64,000 nucleotides of DNA from Octopus vulgaris (GCA_951406725.2 OX597827.1:42098001-42162000); one strand, 5' to 3'; counted from the first letter of the stretch, positions 13,871-27,055 are shown. The notes: a model not told the origin generated them from the letters alone. Numbers and translations: made by a program.

Positions 13871-14482
13871 AAGCGGCGAGCTGGCAGAAACGTTAGCACG
13901 CCGGGTGAAATGCTTAGCGATATTTCGGCGGCCGCTACGTTCTGAGTTCAAATTCCGCCGAGGTCGACTTTGCCTTTCATCATTTCGGGGTCGATAAATT
14001 AAGTACCAGTTACGCACTGGGGTCGATATAATCGAATTAATCCGTTTGTCTGTCATTGTTTGTCCTCTCTGTGTTTAGCCCCTTGTGGGTAGTAAAGAAA
14101 TAGGTATTTCGTCTGCCGTTACGTTCTGAGTTCAAATTCCAACGAGGTCGACTTTGCCTTTCATCCTTTCCGGATCGATAAATTAAGTACTAGTTACGCA
14201 CTGGAGTCGATGCAATCGGCTTAATCCCTTTGTCTGTCCTTGTTTTTCCCCTCTATGTTTAGCCCCTTGTGGGCAATAAAGAAATAAAAATCGTTAGCAC
14301 GCCGGGCGTAATGCTTAGCGGTCTTTCGTTTGTATTTACGTTCTGAGTTCAAATTCCGCCGAGGTCAACTTTGCCTTTCATCCTTTCGGGGTCGATAAAT
14401 TAAGTACCAGTTGAGTACTGGTGTCAATATAATCGACTATCCCCCACCCCCAAATTTCAGGCCTTGTGCCTATAGTAGAAAC
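13871..14482 (+). mobile_element. SINE family B, trimeric, with 16-bp TSD
   Basis: GTTAGTATTGCCTGCA at 13855-13870 and 14483-14498; three internal modules. Confidence 0.9.
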
Positions 14483-14519
14483 GTTAGTATTGCCTGCATC
14501 CAAAGTATAAGCATCCGAA

Positions 14520-14782
14520 ATCTTCCAATCTTCCAACAACGGTTTCATAATACAGAAGAAATGGAAGGGGTTATGAAGAAGTGCTTATAGTAGTGGACAA
14601 ATGATATTTTCCAAAGTAGATTCGCGATTTGAATTTAATGATGGCGAAAATGCTTCACTAGCGATGGAGAATGAGTTTTGTAGAATCTTCGTAGTGAGAA
14701 ACAGTTACGCTATTAATATATGCCATTGAAATGATCATGTCGTTCAAAAGGTTATGCATTAATTTCGTATATGCACCACGTA
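14520..14782 (+). mobile_element. Degenerate mariner 3' end
   Basis: Remnant QRFHNTEEME...WRKCFTSDGE resembles a mariner C-terminus; ends in TIR-like ..GCACCACGTA. Confidence 0.4.
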
Positions 14783-15214
14783 TATACACACACGTACGAA
14801 TGCACACACAAACACGCACGTATAGGTACAGGCATGGTTTTGTGGAAAAGTCACTTGGTTTGGTAGCCGGAAACTGAAAGAAGCCCGTTGCATACACACA
14901 CACACACATGCTGGTATGTTTGCGTCCCCGTAACCTAGCGGTTCATCAAAAGAGACTGATAGAATAAGTACTAGGCTTACAAAGAGTAAGTCCTGGAGTC
15001 GATTTGCTCGCCTAAAGGCAGTGCTCCAGCATGGCCGCAGTCAAATAACTGAAGCAAGTAAGTAAAAGAGAGTATATATATATACGTATATATATATATA
15101 TATATATGTACATACACACACACACACATATATATGTATATATATTCTTTGGAAGACCAGTACTTATTCTATCGGCTGAACCACTAAGTTCTGGGAACGT
15201 AAATACAGAAACAT

Positions 15215-15462
15215 CAGTTGTCACAAATGACCATGGGATTGCACCTAGAAAGTTACCCTCCGAGGTACAAGTCCGGGCTAGGCTGTTTATGGAAGACCAG
15301 CAGTCGCTCATGCATACCAGCCCGCCCCTCTCCACGCCACTGATGTTATCGAAGGGAAAAGCAAGACCGATACAGCTTGGCACCAGTGACGTCGCAACTC
15401 ATTTCTACAGCTGAGTGAACTGGAGCAACGTGAAACAAAGTGTCTTGCTCAAGAACACAACA
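15215..15462 (-). mobile_element. SINE family C-related fragment
   Basis: Minus strand GTGTTCTTGAGCAAGACACTTT..TTGCTCCAGTTCACTCAGCTG, shared with 30010 and 44660. Confidence 0.7.
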
Positions 15463-15464
15463 CA

Positions 15465-16363
<899 letters not shown>

Positions 16364-16487
16364 ATCAACAATCAAGGAACGGCCATAATAGGCCATTCAC
16401 CCACTAGAAATAACAGCCAAAAGCTTTAACCGCAAAATAACGTCAATTCCGTAAACCAGGAGAAAATTGAAAAACATTTACCCTGTA

Positions 16488-16594
16488 ATTTCTTAGACGA
16501 TGCACCGTTTCATCTTCTGTTTAATGGAAAACTAACCTGATTAAATTAAATCAAGCCAATCTACCATAGGCCCTTAGATTCATCAGTAAGAAAT
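16488..16594 (-). ncRNA. Type I hammerhead ribozyme, copy 1
   Basis: Minus strand: ATTTCTTA-CTGATGA-ATCT..(internal hairpin)..AGAT-GAA-ACGGTGCATCGT-C-TAAGAAAT. 8-bp stem I, GUC site, predicted cut between 16496 and 16495. Confidence 0.85.
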
Positions 16595-16978
16595 AGCCAA
16601 ACCGGAACAGATATTTTTCACGAGGCATTCTCATTGCTACCTCGTCAATATCTGACCTAAAATTTTCAAATCGTCGCACTCGCGCCTAATTTAACGGCAG
16701 CAAATAAAAATAAGCCGCCGATTCCATTACGGAATTAACCAGAAAATTCATAATTAATCAATATAGGGTGGCAAAAAAAATTTTGTAGAATTCTTTTGCC
16801 ACCAGCGGCCTAGTGGGAAAAAATTAAATAGTCATAAACCATTTTAAGTTCAACATCAACAATCAAGGAACGGCCATAATAGGCCATTCACCCACTAGAA
16901 ATAACAGCCAAAAGCTTTAACCGCAAAATAACGTCAATTCCGTAAACCAGGAGAAAATTGAAAAACATTTACCCTGTA

Positions 16979-17085
16979 ATTTCTTAGACGATGCACCGTT
17001 TCATCTTCTGTTTAATGGAAAACTAACCTGATTAAATTAAATCAAGCCAATCTACCATAGGCCCTTAGATTCATCAGTAAGAAAT
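16979..17085 (-). ncRNA. Type I hammerhead ribozyme, copy 2
   Basis: Identical to copy 1, offset by 491 bp. Confidence 0.85.
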
Positions 17086-17356
17086 AGCAAAACCGGAACA
17101 GAATTAAACAGATGAAACGGTGCATCGTCTAAGAAATTACAGGGTAAATGTTTTTCAATTTTCTCCTGGTTTACGGAATTGACGTTATTTTGCGGTTAAA
17201 GCTTTTGGCTGTTATTTCTAGTGGGTGAATGGCCTATTATGGCCGTTCCTTGATTGTTGATGTTGAACTTAAAATGGTTTATGACTATTTAATTTTTTCC
17301 CACTAGGCCGCTGGTGGCAAAAGAATTCTACAAAATTTTTTTTGCCACCTATATTG

Positions 17357-17421
<65 letters not shown>

Positions 17422-17466
17422 TATATACATATATATATATACATATATATACATATATATATATAC

Positions 17467-17531
<65 letters not shown>

Positions 17532-17537
17532 TAGAAG

Positions 17538-17714
<177 letters not shown>

Positions 17715-17877
17715 ATATTTCGGAATGGTCATATTGCCAGTTTAGCCAATATTTAAACGTATATATATATATATATATATGCATATATGCTTCCGTGTTC
17801 GTCTGAGCATATGTAGTGTATGTATTTATAGTTGTGTGCGTATATATGTTTGTATGCATGTTTGCGTAATTATGTAT

Positions 17878-17936
<59 letters not shown>

Positions 17937-18559
17937 GGCACATGTTTAATTTTTGCACTGCTAGCACCTGTGACGTCGTTGGCTGCTAACCTTCGTGTAA
18001 TATCCTTGATCCCACCCAGTATCAGGCATGCAGTTGGCGCGTGGCTCTCATGTTATTGCGTGATTCCAACTACCAAACCAGCCCAACTTACTCCTCCTCT
18101 CGCATATATATGAGCCAACCCAACAAAGTCGTTTTCAAGCAGTCGCTCAACCTGCTAAAAATAGCAACCACATCATTATTAAAACATCACTCTGCTGTTT
18201 TATAAGAAAGAAGGAAGGACGCAAACGGAATGCTTAGTCGGAGATATTGTGTGACCGAGAAATAAGTAAATATAATAACGAAAGGATTGACATATTTGGA
18301 AGATGTTTGTCTCTTAGGTAGATCTTGTCGGACAGGTATCATTGGTCTTCCTTCAACCGTTAGTCTCTCACTCAGTGGCGCTGCACCAATAGGGGAGTGA
18401 CTCCGAGTAGGGTTTCCCAAAGAGTCACCGACTAGAGCGAATGGACCAGCTCAGGTCAACGACCAAGTGTTCGATGAGGGGATCAAGTCATGCCTAAGGC
18501 AGAGATATAGAGAGGTAGCTAACAGGTTTGGAGAAGCATGGGCGCCGATACATGTTGCT

Positions 18560-19040
18560 TTTCTCCTAGGGTACTTTAAACGAAATATACCTCTTCCCAG
18601 ATGCAGGGCTTGTTGGAAACTATCCTAACACTGAGTGCTACATCTTGCACGATATCCCTGCAAGTACCTATAGAAAACAAGACACCGAGCTCCACAGCGT
18701 GTTATTCTCTCGGGGTACCCAAATGAGATGCACCTCATGTCGGATGCAGGAGGCTGTTGGAAACCACTCTAACACTGAGCATCATTAAGCGTATTTTTCT
18801 CTCAGGTGCCCATAGCAAGATTCACCTACTCCCTGTTGCAGAAAAATGTCGGAAACCACCACAACATAAAATATCACTAGTTGATTTTATCTCAAGGCGA
18901 GACACACTGCCTCCAGTTGTAGAAAAATGCTGGAAACCACTATAACATAGAATGCACAACGTGTTTATCTCTCAGGTGCACATGAAGAAATGTACCGCTT
19001 TCCGGAAGCAGGAGGTGGTTGGAAACTGATATAACACAAC
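18560..19040 (+). repeat. Degenerate ~85-90-bp tandem array (about 5 units)
   Basis: ..GCAGGAGGCTGTTGGAAACCACTCTAACA-like motif near 18615, 18759, 18851, 18932 and 19021. Confidence 0.7.
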
Positions 19041-19417
19041 GTAGTTATCTTAAGTAAATCCACAAGGCAGTAAGGCATTGCAGAAAAGTTGCTCCCGCAC
19101 CATGGCCAAGGACTTCTATCTATCGTTCGTTCTACCCGTTGTTGTTGCAAAGAACTCATTCGCTATTTCGTATGTTATGCTACTCATGCCACCAGAGTTC
19201 GCCGTTCGACATTGCTGTGTTCCTTCGTCGCTTTAACGAATTTTGTCTTTGTCTTGCAGTGACTGCACCGGCGACTTTTCTAGAATGGAGCGGAGGCCGT
19301 TTAGTCGTCGAAACCCCGAACTGTGGATTATTTTTCTAACAGTAATATTTAAATCAGTCTTACACAACACTCGTACACACACAGACTAACATGTACACAC
19401 ACACACAAACACACACG

Positions 19418-19498
<81 letters not shown>

Positions 19499-19595
19499 GT
19501 AGATAGATATAATTACATAAACACATATGTTTATAAACTAGGTTATTAATAAAAAAAAATGGCTCACCATACGAAATGTAGTTTACAGCTTATGT

Positions 19596-19835
19596 TTTAT
19601 TGTCCCCGCCTTAGCGAAGGCGGAGGTATTGTTTTCAGTCGTGTTTGTTTGTTTGTTCGTCCGCGGACAAGATAGCTCAACAACCGCTGGATGGATTCGG
19701 ATGAAACTTTCAGGGATATTTGATCTCGTAACAGATATTTCAAATATTCTCATTTAAAGAACCATCTCTGGCTAATCGTTAAGAGGGCGTTTGTTTTGCC
19801 ATGGTGGAGGTTTGCGCTCTCTAGGTGCTCTTGTT
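19596..19835 (+). mobile_element. Helentron-associated non-autonomous element (HINE/DINE-like)
   Basis: 5' TTTATTGTCCCCGCC..GGCGGAGG hairpin, (GTTT)n, and 3' subterminal GGTGGAGG followed by stem-loop GCGCTCTCTAGGTGC. Confidence 0.7.
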
Positions 19836-20636
19836 TATCTATTTTTTGAGGCTGAAATTTCATAAGTTATCTGGAAATCGGAACATGACTCGATATGTCC
19901 CCCCCCACACACACACATACACACAGACATACATATACACAGACACACATACACACGCGCACGTGTGTATTAGTGTACATATATGTATAGATGAGAATAT
20001 AAACAAAACACGTGCCTATATATAATACTCGTTTACTTTTTTACTCCTTTACTTGTTTCAGTCATTTGACTGCGGCCATGCTGGAGCACCGCCTTTAGTC
20101 GGGCAAATCGACCCTAGGACTTACTCTTTGTAAGCCTAGTATTTATTCTATCGGGTCTCTTTTGATATATATATATATATACATATATATATGACGGGAT
20201 TCTTTCAGATTCCGTCTACCAAATCTACTCACAAGGCTTTGGTCGGCCCGAGGCTATAGTAGAAGACACTTGCCCACGTCGGGATATAAGATTTAACAGG
20301 CACAGGAAGGAATATAGATGTTGCACAGATGGTAGTCGAACCAGGAAAGAAAGGTCAGGCCTTGCCGAACACCGGTCACATGGGGAGAGGAGAGAGAGAG
20401 GTAGAAGCAGAGGGATAGAAGAATTAAGGAGGGGCGAGAAAAAATGAAAGAGACACAGTGAAGTGAAAGAGGCAGGGAAGTGAGCATGAAGAGAAAGAAG
20501 GCCAGGAAATGTAAGAGAGGGGGAACAAAAGAACGAAGAGTAGGATGAACAAATTGTGAAAGGGCTGATAGAAAGAAGGAAAGAATGAAAGAATAGAAAG
20601 AATAGAGTCGTACAAAATTTTATATATATATGTATA

Positions 20637-21020
20637 GGCGCAGGAGTGGCTGTGTGGTAAGTAGCTTGCTAACCAACTACATGGTTCCGGGTTCAGTCCC
20701 ACTGCGTGGCATCTTGGGCAAGTGCCTTGTGAGTGGATTTGGTAGACGGAAACTGAAAGAAGCCTGTCGTATATATGTATATATATATATATGTGTGTGT
20801 GTTTGTGTGTCTATGTTTGTCCCCCTAGCATTGCTTGACAACCGATGCTGGCGTGTTTATGTCCCCGTAACTTAGCGGTTCGGCAAAAGAGACCGATAGA
20901 ATAAGTACTGGGCTTACAAAAGAATAAGTCCCGGGGGTCGAGTTGCTCGATTAAAGGCGGTGCTCCAGCATGGCCGCAGTCAAATGACTGAAACAAGTAA
21001 AAGAGTAAGAGAGTAAAGAG
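20637..21020 (+). mobile_element. SINE family A (internal deletion)
   Basis: Head and tail match the family. Confidence 0.9.
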
Positions 21021-21688
21021 TAATATATATGCTTGCATATAAGATACAAAAGTGTACGTACGCCGCTATATTTTATATATAAGATATACAAAAATGGGAC
21101 AAGAACGCAAAACATCCAGACAGTTAGGTGATACAAAAAAAGGGGATAACAAAACATCCAGACAGACGGTACAAAGAAAATCAGAACGGGGTCATTAGGA
21201 GTTATCTATCCTCGGTCGAGTTCATGCTCAGTGAAAACAAAGTTTGAGTAAAAATAGGTGCGAATAAAAAGCACCAAAGGATAAAAATTTCTTACACGCA
21301 CACACACATACACATATACATAGATACACACACACACAAACCCGCACATACACATACACATAAGTACATATACACACACAGAAACACACAACTGTTGGAA
21401 CACGCGCACAGAAATATACACACACAAACACAACTGCAAATACACACAAACACACACACAGACACGCAAACACACACGCAAACTCACACACACATACACA
21501 CACACTCGCAAACACACACACACACACACAACTGCAGAAACAAGCAAACACACATAAACACGAACACACGCGCACACACGCATACATACACACACACACA
21601 CACACAAACAAGCCCACAAATGCAGAAACACGCAAACACACACACGCACACACACAAACCAGCCCACAATTGCAGAAACATGCAAACG

Positions 21689-21724
<36 letters not shown>

Positions 21725-21760
21725 AGCCCACAAATGCAGAAACACGCAAACACACACACA

Positions 21761-21801
<41 letters not shown>

Positions 21802-22084
21802 CTACATAAACTATGCCTTCATATAAATCCGCTCATTTCAGCTCTGAGGCCTACCTACGCAAGCATTCGCATCGATCAGAGAAAGGCGTCGTGCAGCAAA
21901 GTAGAACATTGCCCTTCATTGAGCTCCAAATAAACTCTCGTGTAACATCTGCCAAGGAGATATCTACGGATTTGATCTGAGCACAGAAGCACATTCATAG
22001 AATCTTGTTTGACTTTGAATGAAAACGGGTGGATTGTGTGGTAAAGAACCGAAAGGTGAATGCCATCAGGTACTGACAGATGTG

Positions 22085-23190
22085 CTAATGATAGCGGCGG
22101 TGGAGGCGGAGGTGTTGCTGACGGTGGTGAGAGTGGATGGTGGCGATGATGGTGGTGGTGTTGTTGGCGGTGGTGATTGTTTATGGCGGTGGTAATAGGG
22201 ATGGCGGCGGTGGTGGTGTTAGTGATAGTGGTGTTGTTGATGTTTGTGATGGTGATGACGGTGGTAGTGGTGATGTTAATGACGATGGTGTTGTTGACGA
22301 TGGTGTTGTTGACGGTGGAGATGGCGATAATAGTGCTAGTGGTAGTGATGGTTGTGGTGATAGTGGTGGTGGTTGTGGTGATGGTGGTGGTGGTTGTGGT
22401 GATGGTGGTGGTAGTTGTAGTGATGGTGGTGGTGGTTGTAGTGATGGTGGTGGTGGTTGTGGTGATGGTGGTGGTGGTGGTTGTGGTGATGGTGGTGGTG
22501 GTTGTGGTGATGGTGGTGATAGTTGTGAGGTGGTGGTGGTGGTGGTGGTGGTGTGGTGGTAGTTGTAGTGATGGTGGTGGTGGTTGTGGTGATGGTGGTA
22601 GTGGTTGTAGTGATGGTGGTAGTGGTTGTGGTGATGGTGGTGGTAGTTGTAGTGATGGTGGTGGTGGTTGTGGTGATGGTGGTGGTGGTTGTGGTGATGG
22701 TGGTGGTAGTTGTAGTGATGGTGGTGGTGGTTGTGGTGATGGTGGTGGTGGTTGTTGTAATGGTAGCGGTGGTTGTTGTGATGGTGGTGGTGGTTCTTCT
22801 GATGGTGGTGGTGGTTGTGATGGTGCTGGCTGCGGTGCTGATGGTAGTGGTTGTGGTGATGGCGGTGTTGGTTGTGGTGGTAGTGGTGGTACTGCTAGCA
22901 GTAGTAGTAGCAGTAGTAATAGTAGTAGTACTAATAGCAGGAGTAGTAATAGTAGTAGTAGTAGTTGTAGTAGTAGTAATGGTAGTAGTAGTAGTGCTAC
23001 TAGTATTGGTGGTGTGGTGGTGGTGTTGGCTATAGTACTGCTAGTAGTGGTTGTTGTTGTGGTACGGTGGGGTAGGGATGGCAGTGTTAATGGTGTTGGT
23101 GGTGGTGACAGTGGTTGGTTATTGTAGTGGCGGTGACAATTGCTAACAGTAGCGTTGGTGGTAGTGGTGGTCGTGGTAAGCTTGGTGATA
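22085..23190. repeat. (GGT/GAT/AGT)n tract with a ~21-bp GGTGATGGTGGTGGTGGTTGT higher-order unit
   Basis: Direct inspection; accounts for the poly-V/G ORFs. Confidence 0.9.
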
Positions 23191-24201
23191 ACGATTCTGC
23201 CAGCTCACCGCCCTACGATGAGGATACTAATGTTAATGGTAGTTCAGAGGCGAACGGGCAGAATTGATAGCACACCGGACAAAATTCTTAATGACATTTC
23301 GTCCGTCTTTGCGTTCTGAGTTCAAATTTCGCCGAGTTCGACTTTGCCTTTCATCCTCTCGAAGTCGTGGGATCGATGTAATCGATTAACGCCTCCTCCG
23401 AAATTGCTGGCCTTGTGGCAAAATTTGAAATCAGGTTTAATGGCGGTTGTGGTTTGAAGACGCTTGGCCCAGTGGTGACAGTGTTCTGCTCACGACCAAA
23501 AGGCTGTGGGTTCAGTCGCTGGACTGAGCGTTACGTTGTGTCCTTGAGCAAGGCCCTTCATTCACTGCACATTGCTTGCCCCAGCCAGCTCACCTGCAAA
23601 GAACACTAGCCGAGGGATGTTGCTGCCCTCTGTCGGTTTATCTATCCGTCGGCTTCTGTTTCTCATTTGGTCCCTACGTCTGTATATTACTTGTTCTCTT
23701 CGTACCTCGTCGTTATTTGCAACCACTCTTTCTTTCCCTCTCTATCTCTCCTCTTCTCTCTCTATCTCTGTTTCTTTATTTCTCTGTCTGTCTGTCTCTG
23801 TCTTTCTCTCCGTCTTCCTCTCACAGAAACATGTACACTTTATGGTCGAGCATATCCCTGCTCATCGCTATCGGGGCGGAGTTGGTTGTCCACAAGTGCG
23901 AGACCCATTGGTCAGAGTAGCTGTTCCAGCTCGTAGCCCGCGCTATCCTCGTGGCACCATTTCGTCTGCTGGTGTCACGAGAAACGCTTCGATATTGCGA
24001 GAGTCAAGATCCTTCGTTATTCCCAACAGAAACACATACATACATACATACATACATACATACATACATACATACATACATACATGCATACATACATATA
24101 TATATATCCCTGCATATCTCACATCTGTTTTCATTCCTCCACTTCACTCTCTATTTCGTATCTTATCTAAATTAAATATTGCTTAAGCATTTTCTCACAC
24201 C

Positions 24202-24239
24202 GTCTCCGATGAAGGACTATAACAAATATCCTGTAAGAC
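24202..24239 (+). ncRNA. Deleted HHR relic
   Basis: GTCT-CCGATGA-AGGA..TCCT-[GAAA and stem III missing]-GTA-AGAC. Confidence 0.4.
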
Positions 24240-24310
24240 CTTCTTTTTATAAATGTTCTAAAATCTTCACTCCCTTGGTTTTGTACCTCATTCTGAAAAT
24301 ATATATATGT

Positions 24311-24649
24311 ATATAAAATGGGACAAGAACAGAAACATCCGGAGAGCTAGGTGATACAAAAAGGGACAACAAAACATCCAGATAAACGTCGTTGTTATTG
24401 TATACATTCACTGCTTTCTTCCAAGGAATCTAATGCTCTTAGCTTAGTTTTTCCTTGGCTCTGGCCAGATTGGAGCAATCTCAAGAATAATCAGCCGAAA
24501 TTGCGAAGATAATCTGGTGCTTGACTGAAGAGGGGGAGCTTCGAATGACCCGTCCTTGTTTTCCTTGTATCGTCTATCTGGATATTTTGGTGTCCCTTTC
24601 TGTATCACCTAGCTGTCCGGATGCTTTGCGTTCTTGTTCCATTTTGTAT
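24311..24649. mobile_element. TA-embedded repeat with ~78-bp inverted arms; family also at 21093-21225 and 42370-42590
   Basis: AAAATGGGACAAGAAC..CATCCAGAT arm at 24311-24388, reverse-complemented at 24571-24649. Confidence 0.75.
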
Positions 24650-24664
24650 TATATATATTCTCTA

Positions 24665-25062
24665 CTCTTTACTCTTTTACTTGTTTCAGTCATTTTGCGG
24701 CCATGCTGGAGCACCGCCTTTAATCGAGCAACTCGACCCCCGGGACTTATTCTTTGTAAGCGCAGTACTTATTCTATCAGCCCCGCTAAGTGACGGGGAC
24801 ATAAACACACCAGCATCGGTTGTCAAGCAATGCTAGGGGGACAAACACAGACACACAAACATACACGCACACACACACATATATATATATACATATATAC
24901 GACAGGCTTCTTTCAGTTTCCGTCTACCAAATCCACTCACAAGGCTTTGGTCGGCCCGAGGCTATAGTAGAAGACACTTGCCCAAGGTGCCAGGCATTGG
25001 GACTGAACTCGGAACCATGTAGTTGGTAAACAAGCTACTTACCACACAGCCACTCTTGCGCC
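24665..25062 (-). mobile_element. SINE family A, full length
   Basis: Head and tail match the family. Confidence 0.9.
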
Positions 25063-25105
25063 TATATATGTATGTATATATATAGCGACGTACGTACTTT
25101 GCTCT

Positions 25106-25143
<38 letters not shown>

Positions 25144-26064
25144 GACGCTTTATGCACCTGTCAAAGTTAAGATGTCCCACTGGATGAAGTGTGAGAGGGA
25201 AACAGACGCCAATGTATGTCTTTTGGTATTTGTGACTTCATACACACCTCAAGAAATTTGCAAAAAAAAAATTCATTCATGTTACGAAGTCGTACGCACT
25301 CTCCCCAGTGACAGCTGGCAGTACATTGTGTGCAGAGTGGTGGTGGTGGCGGCGGCGGCGGTGTTGGTGGTGATAGTGGCGGAAGTGGAGATGGTGGCGT
25401 TGTTGGTGGCGGCGGCGGCGTTGGTGGTGGTGGTGGCGGCGTTTATGGTGGTGGAGATGTTGCGTGTACTTGCTGTTGGTATTGATAGTACAGCTGATGT
25501 GTTGTTCTCATGTTACCGGCTGTAGTGGGGGCGCTGGTGGTGGTGGGAGTAGTGATAGTTAGTACCGATAATGGTACCTATGGTGTTGGTAGCACTGGTG
25601 GCAGTGGTGGTGGTGGTGGTAGTGATGATGGTGATGGTAGTGGTGGTTGTGGTGGTGGTGGCGTTGGTGGTTGCTGGCGATGCTGCTGTCAACACCTGAT
25701 GTCGTTTGCCATTCGGTTCTTTACCTCGCAATCAAGAATTTGGTCGTCTTCGGTGAAGGTCACATATATGAAACCATGTTGTTGCTGCTACTACAGCTAA
25801 TGTTGTTGTTGTTGTTTTTTAAGCCACGGTCCAGCTCTGAATCAAATCAAACGTGGGACCAATAGGTTTCCTAGCAGTACCAATCTTGTGTTCGGCGCGT
25901 GCATAGCTGCATGTGTGTGTGTGTGTGGTGAAGAAGTTTCTTTTGTAGCCACGTGGCTTCGGTTTCAGTCCCAATGCATGAGAACCAGGACAAATATGTT
26001 CTACTATAGCCCCAGCTTGAATTTGGATGTGAGAAACTCCTGAAGCCCTTCGTATATACATGTA

Positions 26065-26166
<102 letters not shown>

Positions 26167-26225
26167 TATATATATACGCCTGTCGTCATACACCTTTCTT
26201 CGTCTTTAGCATTTCTATGAATTTC

Positions 26226-26281
<56 letters not shown>

Positions 26282-26284
<3 letters not shown>

Positions 26285-26657
26285 TACAAATGTATGTATA
26301 TATGTGTGTATGTGTGTGTGTGTGTGTGTGTGAATGTGTGTGTTTGTGTGTGAAATTAAGTGGCTCACGCCTTTGTTACGTGGAGTGAGTGTAGCGATAA
26401 ATTGAGGGAATAGCAAACTTTAAAGAAATAAATACTCATTACATGTCTGTCCCTCGTTTGTTAAAAAAAAACGGGAAAGTGCTTACATACACACACACAC
26501 AGACACACACAAATATATATATGCTATTCCCTCAATTTATCGCTACACTCACTCCACGTAACAAAGGCGTGAGCCACTTAATTTCACACACAAACACACA
26601 CATTCACACACACACACACACACACACATACACACATATATACATACATTTGTATAT
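26282..26657. repeat. Near-perfect inverted duplication (~135-bp arms)
   Basis: 26282-26415 vs 26522-26657; the ORF track shows the same peptide on both strands. Confidence 0.9.
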
Positions 26658-26672
26658 ATATATATATATAGC

Positions 26673-26920
26673 AAGTATAGATGGGCTGAACACGTCGCCC
26701 GGCTCACCGATAATCGGTGGACGCACGCAATCGTCGAGTGGTACCCGCGTGAGCGGAAAAGACCACCCGGAAGACCTCCACGACGGTGGAGTGACGATTT
26801 CAAGAGGACGATTGGGATCAGGTGGATGAGAAAGGCGCGATCCAGAGAGGAGTGGACAGCGTGCTGTGACCAGCGGTGTCAAATGGACGCCTGACGGACT
26901 GGTCGGTCAAAGTGATCAAA

Positions 26921-26925
<5 letters not shown>
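26673..26925 (+). mobile_element. RTE-clade LINE 3' end
   Basis: KYRWAEHVARLTDNRWTHAIVEWYPRERKRPPGRPPRRWSDD..DA*, then a tandem AAAGTGAT(C) tail. Confidence 0.85.
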
Positions 26926-26971
<46 letters not shown>

Positions 26972-26994
26972 TAGAACTATTAATAAGTTGTTAT

Positions 26995-27055
26995 AATAGA
27001 ACTCAGAGTTTCAAATGCCGAAGGTAAAAGCTTCAAGGCATTTTCATCGGCTATT
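26995..27055 (-). ncRNA. Type I HHR-like motif (CCGAUGA core)
   Basis: Minus strand: AATAG-CCGATGA-AAATGCC..GGCATTT-GAA-ACTCtGAGT-T-CTATT; all three stems pair. Confidence 0.7.

Larger units (their letters stand above)
16364..17358 (-). mobile_element. HHR-bearing 491-bp tandem unit (1.5 copies) plus inverted partial copy; retrozyme- or Penelope pLTR-like
   Basis: ATCAACAATCAAGG recurs at 16364 and 16855. 17103-17358 is the reverse complement of 16757-17016. Flanked by (TA)n on both sides; no ORF. Confidence 0.85.

Noticed and set aside
18560-19040. Spaced repeats as a CRISPR-like array
   Set aside because: The units are similar along their whole length and degenerate, the context is eukaryotic, and there are no cas genes.
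24520-24560. CTGAAGA..CGAATG as an HHR (also near 42425-42450)
   Set aside because: No GAAA and no closing stem I.
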